Source of the DNA: Candidatus Omnitrophota bacterium
Lineage (GTDB): Bacteria; Omnitrophota; Gorgyraeia; 2-01-FULL-45-10
DNA length: 24,419 nucleotides
Direction of reading: 5' to 3'
NCBI GenBank assembly: GCA_023818895.1
Contig: JAMWCX010000001.1
Coordinates: forward strand, 708,258 to 732,676
The notes beneath the pieces were generated by a model. The model searched no databases. It was not told where the DNA came from and saw only the letters and a list, made by a program, of their open reading frames with translations. A program made the position numbers and the translations under genes. Below are positions 22,201 to 24,419 of this stretch, piece after piece. Every line of letters starts with the position of its first letter. The first letter of the stretch is position 1.

Positions 22201-24419
22201 ACCGTCAGGCGCCAATATCTCGAGGTTATTGAACGCTGCACCGCCAGATTTGATCGTATGGTTTGCGGCTCCGACGAAGATTACGATCGAGCTGCCGGCA
22301 ATAAACCCAGCGGGGCCTGCGTTATTCGTCCAGTTGCCTGAGACATTCATGATCTGGTAGCCTGCGGTGAGGACGCCTGATACAATCGTTATGTCGTGGA
22401 TATTGGCAGTGGCCGTCAAAGTCGGGTCATTCGGGCGATCAAAGATAAAGACATTTGATGTGGCGATTGGCACTAATCCGGTCGACCAGTTGGAGCCGGT
22501 TGAAGCATCCCATTCTGTTGAGGTATTGCCAGTCCAGATGTAGTTTTCCGCATCGCCAGTATAGTTCTCCCAAGACAGGTGCGGATAGGTAGTCTTATAA
22601 GTATCCCAGACAGGCGTAAAGAAGTCCCACTGGTTAGCAGTGCCTACGGCATAGACACCATGAGCAGGGGAATAAAAGGCGCTTTTGTTAGCTTCATTAT
22701 AGGTTATGCTCCCGCCGTTACCTATCGGCTGGGCGGCTGCTTCTGTCCACCAGCCGCAGTTAGTTACATCCCCCCCCTGCCTGTATCCGATAAAACCACC
22801 TAAGTAACTGCCTGTGGCAGTTACTGTCCCGGTAGAGTAGCAGTTGTTAACGCTGACTCCAGAATTGGGGGCAAGATTTCCTATAAAGCCGCCTATATAA
22901 CTTTCACCACTGACAGGGCCTGAGGCATAGCTATTATTTACTATAACTGCTCCATAGCCAATTAGGCCGCCAACATGTAAATCACCTTTTACTTGCGCAG
23001 TGGAATAACAATTGCTAAATGTTATAAAATGGCCGCAACCGGCTAGACCACCTATAAAGGAATTGTCTGCGTTTGACTGCGCGTCAATAGTTCCGGTGAC
23101 ATAGCAGTTTTCAACAAAAGCTCCCCATGTATCATCGTCATTAGGTGCGCCGCCGATTAGCCCTCCTACGCCTACTATCTGTGTTTGGCCCGTCGCTATT
23201 ATGTGTATATCTATAAGGCCTACATCACGAATAATGGCAGGGTTATTTATCGCCCCAAACAAACCAACAGCATGTGCATTGCGGTTGATATAGAGATGAG
23301 AAATAGTGTGATTATTGCCATCAAAGGTGCCGGTAAAACAGTTGGTAGGTTCCCAGGTCATATCACCACCGACCGGCTCAAAGCCCGCGCCCGAGTTCCA
23401 GTTTGCGGTGTCCGAGGCGTCGATGTTGTTCTGGACTGTGTAGGTGCCGGAGAGGTTATATTTCATGAGCTGAAGGTCAAGGACGTTGTAAATCCAGTTG
23501 GAGTAGGAGTCGGTGATGCGCGCGATACCGCTTTCGCCGTAATCGTAATAGTTGTATCCTACAAGACCGCCGGCAGCACTTAAGCCATTAAGACTGGCAC
23601 CGCTAAAGAAAGTAGCAGTGGAGTTCTGGATTGTGCTAGAGTTATATCCCACCAGTCCGCCGACACGCTCACTTCCTGAAACCGTCCCACCATCTTCTAT
23701 TGTGACACTGCAGGAGCTCTGGATTGTGCCATAGTTTTGGTTTTCTCCCACCAACCCGCCGACAAAATAATTTCCTGAAACCTCTCCGCCACTTTCTATG
23801 GTTACCGAGCAGAAGTCCTGGATGGTGCCAGAATAGTTATGCCCCACCAACCCGCCGACATAATTATTTCCTGAAACCTCTCCGCCACTTTCTATGGTTA
23901 CCGAGCAGAAGTCCTGGATGGTGCCATAGTCGTTATGCCCCACCAGCCCGCCGACATACCAGTATCCTGAAACCTCTCCGCCACTTTCTATTGTGACGCT
24001 GCAGGAGTTTTGGATTATGCCGTTGTTAGACCCCACCAACCCGCCGACATAATCATCACTTCCTGAAACCGTCCCATATATATCTACATTTGAGGAGTAA
24101 ATTGTGGCGGAGGAGTAATTACGCCCCACCAACCCGCCGACCCAATTATTTCCTGAAACCGTCCCATATATATCTACACTTGAGGAGTCAATTGTGCCGG
24201 CGTTCTCCCCCACCAACCCGCCGACATACTCATTTCCTGAAACCGTCCCATATACATCTATACTTGAGGAGTCAATTGTGCCGCTGCTATACCCCACCAA
24301 CCCGCCGACATAATCACTTCCTGAAACCTCTTCGTCACCATTTATCGTTACGGAACAACCAGATACGGTACCGCTGACTAAAAATCCTATTAACCCACCA
24401 ACAGAGTTCTGTCCAGTTA
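7282..24419 (-). CDS. Giant mosaic beta-helical surface/adhesin-like fibre protein, 5'-partial (at least 5,711 codons in window)
   Basis: ORF track 7282..24300 (5,672 aa, TAA stop at 7284-7282). The listed first residue is a TTG codon inside a GGLVG repeat. The same frame stays open to 24419 (...TGQNSVGGLIGFLVSGTVSGCSVTINGDEEVSGSDYVGGLVGYSSG...), so the true start is outside the window. Recognisable protein repeats and domains occur along the whole length. Confidence 0.92.
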   Translation of the reverse strand, partial: TGQNSVGGLIGFLVSGTVSGCSVTINGDEEVSGSDYVGGLVGYSSGTIDSSSIDVYGTVSGNEYVGGLVGENAGTIDSSSVDIYGTVSGNNWVGGLVGRNYSSATIYSSNVDIYGTVSGSDDYVGGLVGSNNGIIQNSCSVTIESGGEVSGYWYVGGLVGHNDYGTIQDFCSVTIESGGEVSGNNYVGGLVGHNYSGTIQDFCSVTIESGGEVSGNYFVGGLVGENQNYGTIQSSCSVTIEDGGTVSGSERVGGLVGYNSSTIQNSTATFFSGASLNGLSAAGGLVGYNYYDYGESGIARITDSYSNWIYNVLDLQLMKYNLSGTYTVQNNIDASDTANWNSGAGFEPVGGDMTWEPTNCFTGTFDGNNHTISHLYINRNAHAVGLFGAINNPAIIRDVGLIDIHIIATGQTQIVGVGGLIGGAPNDDDTWGAFVENCYVTGTIDAQSNADNSFIGGLAGCGHFITFSNCYSTAQVKGDLHVGGLIGYGAVIVNNSYASGPVSGESYIGGFIGNLAPNSGVSVNNCYSTGTVTATGSYLGGFIGYRQGGDVTNCGWWTEAAAQPIGNGGSITYNEANKSAFYSPAHGVYAVGTANQWDFFTPVWDTYKTTYPHLSWENYTGDAENYIWTGNTSTEWDASTGSNWSTGLVPIATSNVFIFDRPNDPTLTATANIHDITIVSGVLTAGYQIMNVSGNWTNNAGPAGFIAGSSIVIFVGAANHTIKSGGAAFNNLEILAPDGQAIDLNGVNQYIDSIIIDPDNYGGTGFSISLWVYLRSYGSATCVYSWAESPPYYGGVWWGINSSGITGDLRFGNGRYNGYLPYTNLTTVIPTNEWVFLTATHGTDGWNSAYINGNWIKDWYTGPLANNDSMLKIGLRSDASWYTNGLIDEMAVYASELSAGEIASMYSNHTYGTARPDLIAGWHFDGNTNDYSGNGRNGTPRNGPSYGQGIISQPASATLGDPLIVAGNLIIDSGATLNADANNITVAGNWVNNGTFTHGGGAQTVNLNGSGTMYAGSSLFNNLSVISGDRYVIGPLTVNNLFDLTGGTFIAGGNTVSVGGFGRSGSGFLNIDDSTFVIKGDVNLTGGGGSINNSLVIMDLSDRDITVNSAAGFVIYDGIIRNLSSQTRQLTYNTPYIYQLGDAEITNTGGGSLIVDARTNDTAITIYGDYTQTGGEVLLGSGALTISGNCNISGGLLSQDDGNVVFDGLYKTVSLAPGTYSAGSGQLRLYGYLELDSDGNNLGHVVVGSSPDTVILTSDLNAIDLTISAEDWLATDGYDITLSHFLTIYGGLDASRGTDADTIITLGGDWTNSGGAFTADNSTVIFNGTSANTITSNADDNSNHFNNVIFAPGSNYTLADPLYVDGDLAIQKESGISAGAPGSWPESYSYRKTITIDHAKVGTGGVSGFPVLFSVTDDELTAANVKNGSNYTIRFRNASGDIIPYEVEYYNDGGPGARTLVAWVKADLSDTQDTRIYLYYGTTNPASTEQKTAVWSEGYAGVWHMAETNATDSTINNNNGTAYGNVIYTDSGKIGGADNFNGSNSYIDLGNPSTLQLVSNFTISAWIKPATNHSGCIMSKGNPTQTQTRSWDFFYGFGPQNDKMGGYFFRPEGSFFSGSSVDSVSATDWHYVIMQHDSSLSNFQMRVFVDGAELTMNFSYYSTTSVPTLRQTSAPIYIGVHGAQTYFNGILDEMRISTVLKSEGWITTEYNNQSDSASFFMANGTLNALTHDIYIKGSLTVNGTLNTSGMVTFNGSEAGKTIYAPTTEFNNVTVNGAGGVWTMESDLDVNGTLAIDEGALHAGMNNITIAGDFVNTDIFTSAATVTFDGTGTQHVSTGDASIYDVVIDKDSGSVVLQEPIDVGNDLAITSGALDVNANGISAGNDIINHGLITNYSGDIVLNAMNIYPGTIANNALAGSISVNAAACYLDQNASLASNDGAIDINAPVSGDYELALDAGSAGISLQSVDVDTLSLSGGNLHLFGPVLTDKGLNFTGVGSIEINDDISITANDGGSSPKDITFGPANVIIGSHYLTLDGANITLYQVGDGASDPTGLDIFGSNNILLYRNITVDGPVNFYGPVELGNSITINTSGANGSILFSESLDAFGNQSLILEAGSGVVTFMGRIGNIGGLTTEFYISDLGTVWKYFNGEWISLGVPTDGLVYMNYIYGIAAANGVVYAWGWSNYLGNYCVYRNDGNGWQNLYYDYNYGEAWRGAADSDGTFYVANGYLIHRFDPLGGWQYYYAPPVMNFDIYCIAANNGIVGAGGYPSDGSNALKIYDPYYGYWLDYPPDAGFYYTYYGGAGGSSIYAVGYDYGGYEAIKRYDIGYGMWESIAAPFNVSGNIAVGPGGEGYAPANGVIYKYEPFSYQWNYLDLGSYPVYTYSVGFSERDVPPALLGSLTVTSAGAVNFNAPVNVSGESVVAGEVNFNDGASWTLNDSLTVNGDLNLKSGSNLAAGINNIYVAGDWINNGGSFVAGAGTVEFNGPGTSRILGSTEFNVLTCDTPGKTLEFDANGIQTIAELAITGAPGSLVNIRSLVNGVGANISVSSSSIAYVSVKDSHNTNASYDIPASNSQNLGNNEHWAFGDITYTGTGVWTNAANWSSGVVPGQYDNAAIGYASGAFGACTVDTAVAVNNLTINASSSTSSLITGANTITLTGNYTNLGGTLTSTGGTFVFAGTSPQTIDTGGTGTAKDFYNVTIKDGAIVSPVTNHLYMNGNLIIGEGTSGVLDTNSKWVRVIGTTLINDGAILYLDASSAASRFGFSKDVTNNGSFIIESDANQALLLGSGSPRSQFKGNPITYNGKTVYFGGIFDYVPDVVLAGTGDTISITSGSIYFNNVSLGVGGAVSGLTLGGSSAYAYIAGDFTNTASGIFNCGTGTVTFNADAAGKTVVSAGDPFYNVVFNSPTGSGAWTIDDAMTVGNNFTLTNGSVTQAAGLTILGGYAQSGGIFTIPDPKDPESLPFSAAANFVISGGVFNRFSGSGTSIDPYMVRDIYDLQAIKCYLASNLVFKQYCDFSAASASLWNGGTGFIPLGDATTKFTGTYDGNNKIISGLSMSKNDIANLGLFGYVTDSVLKNINLTGMTVTDTSYSISVNVGGLAGSIESSTIDNVHIAGDISGTANPANVGGLVGYAYRTNIYDSSADVSVAATNPFPGGANAGGLIGYSYAYWSVNSTISGCYTTGSVIASGSGYGNRVNAGGIVGCQYANVFSTALILDSYSTANVSGTCPGYEINVGGIAGFLLADNGGHSNITNAYATGVITGSATYPNIGGLVGRRYGYLGGSSEIVTQSYWDIETSGVFISDGGTPLTTSQMRGESNYTGWDFHTTPIWDAFASTYPHLHWEGYVPEGAVTVSGTAGSAIGANKQVALSLNGAGFVTVNTTDANGSFSFSNVVLASGDRLLIFVNDASYKANMAAVTNGSAAISGLTLQNGRFAIGDTDAAISKALTNADLAAAYYNNSNVHYSVTSGNASFLNSIDLWLPSSMTYAPGGNVSASQDLINEGTFTQNGNVAVTRDFLLNSGSFTCSAPTTYTFSVGRSFTITPTNQGSFNRYETDGSGYKLIRDVYDLQAMKCYLSSNFKLENDIDATPTTNWNSGAGFEPVGTSSTSFMGNFNGQDYTIDGLYMHWNISNYTVGLFGKADYATLSNIHLTNVDITSDLGTAAALLANSGNCSIQNCSVSGGSITGSTTQASWAGGLVGYHGWNNNMQKCFASVSVSGYFAGGLAGTADHSSISNCYATGDVTSTYIAGGLVGRHYNNASITNCYATGTVSGSSGATGGLVGYNGVYFPGYPNILGSFSGHSYWNITHNPHLDPQEGGVGNTVDPSNVHGLNEVKMHGESNYTGWDFHTTPIWDAFASTYPHLHWEGYVPEGAVTVSGTFNEQGAGIPIAFALNGGGFVVVNTTSGGAFSFENVVLNASDKLLVFADSSSYKANLVGIAQNSNAISNITLENNQFSIGDADANIGGYFSNVDLAAAYTPDSDVHYSVSGTGPSYTISFTDGIGLLIPSGMTYAPAGDIYASGDWTNDGAFIAGDSWVIFDSGSAQAIYSGGYDESKSFSNIEIQGQGTNVTVCEHIRLTGRLLIGAAGMDNPATLTLSDGVQVWIDGGSLDLSFNSNLSLASVSCIIEDGLYGYNYYGGDTGVNYSDLLKKFDSTDDVCVKMGVLPQQDAEAYCGSLTIAHIPPYPAGEYTISGGRLYVDGGLFIESSGALTVLDSSSQIHIGGDWTNNGGTFTHGDGTVYLTGGSEIFTNSDPFGYLTIEGAYTLQDPLYVDYDLDFSAGTLTTNGNVITLDGGTFNLGQINDDAYLEGSGSIQSNYNHFIGLYLQNGSSYTMADEMFVDSELNIDGSSSLDQAGSALYAYYINIASGTWRNSGGSITIGEGGVHNDGMIDFTGSGYTIRSDVDGEQRDWYGSGSFSIDGADVKDQVRPLGETPAYILVTNGTDSGNNINWVFGLTGTEISGTFYTAIDASTALGEGHLVVIAINGTPSLFQGYTDPNGHFSIMVSDVKNGDVVGVYSASTIGDIPPEAATITKALETTSMGLNLYANTVAVRSENPLKEVINNWDLQAIELNQAVDTSKLNYITNIFADIEVEGGYLYYVEAGKYAPQASVYVNSGMTISSYAELDVAHDNAYIEVVDAFANYGTLYNSLGDVVVIADTIDTVGITNDYGISLTSATTTAVNGALGASTYVGLYGTGSVTVNGDITAGTYIEVGDDDSGIYPLSFDASGYKLDAGTYIELYTWGPVEFGNHTNAATALGYICIDTTGVPAGDYLTAYGSLRAGTLVEIYCDGDVMVTGNIDVNAGGIIIGNSSYCVGSLDVGGYLDAAGDIDIYCAGAVGIDSYVSSDGYVYIYTDTGVTVGEYISSADTLDIEASGKVEIADSVTGALRVYIGTSDDVTVTGRLESTGSFVSVQALGGATGLVTLSDVMAYDAVIIEGYGLNITGTVTSLISYVWLDGYQRPVKVDSAISSAASTTVLGSDVSLSGIDAGTSLKINGSLITLNGNTSSSSGSIDITSTGDLIINGLLDIDYASSDIDIGGSVTIGSNATVNAGPSYWTIDGDWTCYGEFNGEGSTVEFIGDDNSNSTILGSSEFNVLKCDTAGRGITNKTLEFDHTDGQLQDITTIVLKGRKGDPINVHSTLSADQAEIRVYTVCEVEYVAVQDMNNNVDQAGIRDIIAHHSTDLGNNYGWSFDDITWTGEVSGEWYDPRNWDPWIVPSRYDTVFIDHIADPAQFHPFFNITGTIRLQALTIDDEIFGGEKISLDLRGNALELDEWLLNSGIIKNTIAGEAINITTGLGARTGDLTTGTIENLTDRINLTSMIGNIEVDSIISGDNVTLDARNGSILDANGISSTITADNLTMTSAGHIGQATNPINVAIADTIDLTAGGAGEIALTSDKLNIGKVITATGTVTFNGDVTLKGDSTKGETFELNSKVLDINGSITINNKASLNVNAADNKIFISKGWKMVNGGAFDHNNNEVIFDTINNATIEGETTFWKFTCDMTNTVGQKTIYFEANKLQTIDSVLTLKGTQENKLVLRSTQPGTQWKIDPNVTTWNGLIANVDVQDSNNTSGVDINPENSLGGWVKSGKKWINPSNNTSWFTKPQDDKDEEEWVDPIYIVNPWLDIFSNLSWTSSIAFATDFVDREDLYKKRYAKGKYRTVVIVMEGKVAVADYSEKGVDYENAKMVTDGQKIEVKGEVK
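7285..7581 (-). other. C-terminal 99-aa tail of gene A with distinct charged composition
   Basis: TKPQDDKDEEEWVDPIYIVNPWLDIFSNLSWTSSIAFATDFVDREDLYKKRYAKGKYRTVVIVMEGKVAVADYSEKGVDYENAKMVTDGQKIEVKGEVK. It is K/E/D-rich, unlike the G/T/N/S-rich fibre. I recognise no family. Confidence 0.4.
7582..7911 (-). other. Junction domain copy A3 (last domain before the C-terminal tail)
   Basis: ETTFWKFTCDMTNTVGQKTIYFEANKLQTIDSVLTLKGTQENKLVLRSTQPGTQWKIDPNVTTWNGLIANVDVQDSNNTSGVDINPENSLGGWVKSGKKWINPSNNTSWF. Confidence 0.55.
8815..9120 (-). other. Junction domain copy A2
   Basis: SSEFNVLKCDTAGRGITNKTLEFDHTDGQLQDITTIVLKGRKGDPINVHSTLSADQAEIRVYTVCEVEYVAVQDMNNNVDQAGIRDIIAHHSTDLGNNYGWSF. It is followed by DDITWTGEVSGEWYDPRNWDPWIVPSRYDTVFID. 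Confidence 0.55.
9590..10440 (-). other. Asp/Gly/Tyr/Val-rich short-turn beta-helix segment of gene A (approximate bounds)
   Basis: ...GDITAGTYIEVGDDDSGIYPLSFDASGYKLDAGTYIELYTWG...GNIDVNAGGIIIGNSSYCVGSLDVGGYLDAAGDIDIYCAGAVGIDSYVSSDGYVYIYTDTGVTVGEYISSADTLDIEASGKVEIADSVTGALRVYIGTSDDVTVTGRLESTG... The turns are irregular, 10-20 aa long, with alternating hydrophobic residues and Gly/Asp. Confidence 0.4.
10831..11031 (-). other. Small beta-sandwich (CarboxypepD_reg/Ig-like), third copy in gene A
   Basis: GTEISGTFYTAIDASTALGEGHLVVIAINGTPSLFQGYTDPNGHFSIMVSDVKNGDVVGVYSASTIG. It has the same x-SG-x...T-D-x-N-G-x-F-S pattern as the other copies. Confidence 0.4.
12580..12798 (-). other. Small beta-sandwich after GLUG module A3
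   Basis: VPEGAVTVSGTFNEQGAGIPIAFALNGGGFVVVNTTSGGAFSFENVVLNASDKLLVFADSSSYKANLVGI. Confidence 0.4.
12767..12899 (-). repeat. 133-bp conserved core, copy a (pairs with 14339..14471; 126/133 identical)
   Basis: The two copies align at an offset of exactly 1,572 bp (524 codons). There are seven substitutions, six of them synonymous. Both copies encode GESNYTGWDFHTTPIWDAFASTYPHLHWEGYVPEGAVTVSGT. Confidence 0.9.
12799..13728 (-). other. GLUG-motif beta-helix module A3, closed by YPHLHWEGY
   Basis: YKLIRDVYDLQAMKCYLSSNFKLENDIDATPTTNWNSGAGFEPVGTSSTSFMGNFNGQDYTIDGLYMHWNISNYTVGLFGKADYATLSNIHLTNVDI...WAGGLVGYHG...FAGGLAGTA...IAGGLVGRH...ATGGLVGYN...NYTGWDFHTTPIWDAFASTYPHLHWEGY. Confidence 0.7.
14152..14370 (-). 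other. Small beta-sandwich after GLUG module A2
   Basis: VPEGAVTVSGTAGSAIGANKQVALSLNGAGFVTVNTTDANGSFSFSNVVLASGDRLLIFVNDASYKANMAAVT. Confidence 0.4.
14339..14471 (-). repeat. 133-bp conserved core, copy b (pairs with 12767..12899)
   Basis: See copy a. The only amino-acid difference is R versus H, just before GESNY. Confidence 0.9.
14371..15444 (-). other. GLUG-motif beta-helix module A2, closed by YPHLHWEGY
   Basis: YMVRDIYDLQAIKCYLASNLVFKQYCDFSAASASLWNGGTGFIPLGDATTKFTGTYDGNNKIISGLSMSKNDIANLGLFGYVTDSVLKNINLTGMTV...VGGLAGSI...VGGLVGYA...AGGLIGYS...AGGIVGCQ...VGGIAGFL...IGGLVGRR...NYTGWDFHTTPIWDAFASTYPHLHWEGY. Confidence 0.7.
16655..16929 (-). other. Junction domain copy A1
   Basis: STEFNVLTCDTPGKTLEFDANGIQTIAELAITGAPGSLVNIRSLVNGVGANISVSSSSIAYVSVKDSHNTNASYDIPASNSQNLGNNEHWAF. 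It is followed by GDITYTGTGVWTNAANWSSGVVPGQYDNAAIGY. Confidence 0.55.
17248..18012 (-). other. Six-repeat Kelch-like Tyr/Gly/Trp-rich beta-propeller candidate embedded in gene A
   Basis: There are six ~40-aa repeats. Each contains h-x-[YF]-x(5,6)-W-x-x-h: VWKYFNGEWISL, CVYRNDGNGWQNL, LIHRFDPLGGWQYY, LKIYDPYYGYWLDY, IKRYDIGYGMWESI and VIYKYEPFSYQWNYL. Most are preceded by a blade-start strand with a Gly doublet or Gly-rich turn (VVYAWGW, FYVANGY, IVGAGGY, IYAVGYDYGGY, IAVGPGGEGY). The composition switches abruptly from the G/T/N/S fibre to Y/G/W. Confidence 0.55.
19258..19914 (-). other. LamG / concanavalin-A-like lectin domain (Laminin_G_3 type), second half of the DUF2341-LamG cassette
   Basis: GVWHMAETNATDSTINNNNGTAYGNVIYTDSGKIGGADNFNGSNSYIDLGNPSTLQLVSNFTISAWIKPATNHSGCIMSKG...WHYVIMQHDSSLSNFQMRVFVDGAEL...PIYIGVHGAQTYFNGILDEMRISTVLKSEGWITTEYNNQSDSASFF. 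It shows the classic W-x-h-x-E...D-S-x-x-N-x-N-G...F-x-G...h-S-A-W-h...F-x-G-x-h-D-E-h-R-h-S...W-h...Y-x-N-Q pattern. Confidence 0.75.
19915..20268 (-). other. DUF2341 domain
   Basis: WPESYSYRKTITIDHAKVGTGGVSGFPVLFSVTDDELTAANVKNGSNYTIRFRNASGDIIPYEVEYYNDGGPGARTLVAWVKADLSDTQDTRIYLYYGTTNPASTEQKTAVW. It matches the remembered DUF2341 (PF10102) pattern: W-x-YRK-x-ITI...FPVL...D-IRF...L-x-YE-h-E...A-x-VWVK...h-Y-h-YYG. Confidence 0.7.
21697..22191 (-). other. LamG / concanavalin-A-like domain lacking its usual N-terminal head strand
   Basis: DLNGVNQYIDSIIIDPDNYGGTGFSISLWVYLRSYGSATCVYSWAESPPYYGGVWWGINSSGITGDLRFGNGRYNGYLPYTNLTTVIPTNEWVFLTATHGTDGWNSAYINGNWIKDWYTGPLANNDSMLKIGLRSDASWYTNGLIDEMAVYASELSAGEIASMYS. 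Confidence 0.7.
22561..23502 (-). other. GLUG-motif beta-helix module A1, closed by YPHLSWENY
   Basis: SNWIYNVLDLQLMKYNLSGTYTVQNNIDASDTANWNSGAGFEPVGGDMTWEPTNCFTGTFDGNNHTISHLYINRNAHAVGLFGAINNPAIIRDVGLIDIHI...VGGLIGGA...IGGLAGCG...VGGLIGYG...IGGFIGNL...LGGFIGYR...NQWDFFTPVWDTYKTTYPHLSWENY. Confidence 0.7.
23503..24419 (-). repeat. Coding tandem array of ~10 short GGL[VI]G (GLUG-type) turns, unit length 84-101 bp, continuing off the right edge
   Basis: The anchor ccaccaacccgccgac (minus strand V-G-G-L-V-G) recurs at 23649, 23748, 23844, 23940, 24033, 24126, 24210, 24294 and 24395, plus a diverged copy near 23560. The periods are 99, 96, 96, 93, 93, 84, 84 and 101 bp. Units 23748..23843 and 23844..23939 differ at 5 of 96 positions. 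Protein units look like FCSVTIESGGEVSGNNYVGGLVGHNYSGTIQD. Confidence 0.85.

Noticed and set aside
346-24377. Dozens of plus-strand ORFs in the track (e.g. 346..822, 5594..6079, 7982..8713, 15373..15927, 23724..23996, 24090..24377)
   Set aside because: All of them, except the two spacer ORFs rejected separately below, are nested antisense to the two strongly supported minus-strand CDSs. Their translations are low-complexity (P/S/R/A-rich) or simply mirror the sense-strand repeats, as with the repeated FLKPLRHF peptides opposite the GGLVG array. None has recognisable motifs. They are typical shadow ORFs produced by the codon composition of the sense strand.
23503-24419. CRISPR-like appearance of the regularly spaced 16-nt anchor repeats
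   Set aside because: The array lies inside a continuous ORF. The inter-anchor segments are themselves conserved at the protein level, the period varies in multiples of 3, and there are no cas genes.

Overview
About 98% of this 24.4-kb window codes for two co-oriented giant genes on the minus strand, separated by a 498-bp AT-rich spacer. Gene A (7282..24419) has its 5' end beyond the right edge, with at least 5,711 codons in view. It encodes a mosaic Gly/Thr/Asn/Ser-rich beta-helical fibre protein. Its parts are an N-terminal array of GGLVG (GLUG-type) turns, three large GLUG modules each closed by a YPHLxWE(G/N)Y motif, small beta-sandwich domains, a LamG domain, a DUF2341+LamG cassette, a six-repeat Kelch-like Tyr/Gly-rich propeller, three copies of a ~100-aa junction domain, and a charged 99-aa C-terminal tail. 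Gene B (1..6783) has its 3' end beyond the left edge, with 2,261 codons in view. It is not in the supplied ORF track because it has no in-window stop. It starts with a signal peptide and a two-partner-secretion (TPS / filamentous haemagglutinin N-terminal) domain, then reuses the gene A module set, including a perfect 377-bp in-frame duplication. The spacer holds a near-consensus extended -10 promoter and a ~236-nt leader whose GC-rich core has two GAAA-capped hairpins. That core loosely resembles a GEMM-I / c-di-GMP riboswitch, but this is unverified. An intrinsic terminator ends 26 nt before the gene B start codon. I see no rRNA, tRNA, CRISPR array, transposase/integrase or TpsB transporter gene. 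The taxon cannot be assigned from this window. All domain calls are by eye from motif memory, not from database searches. Domain coordinates are approximate (about +/-30 nt).
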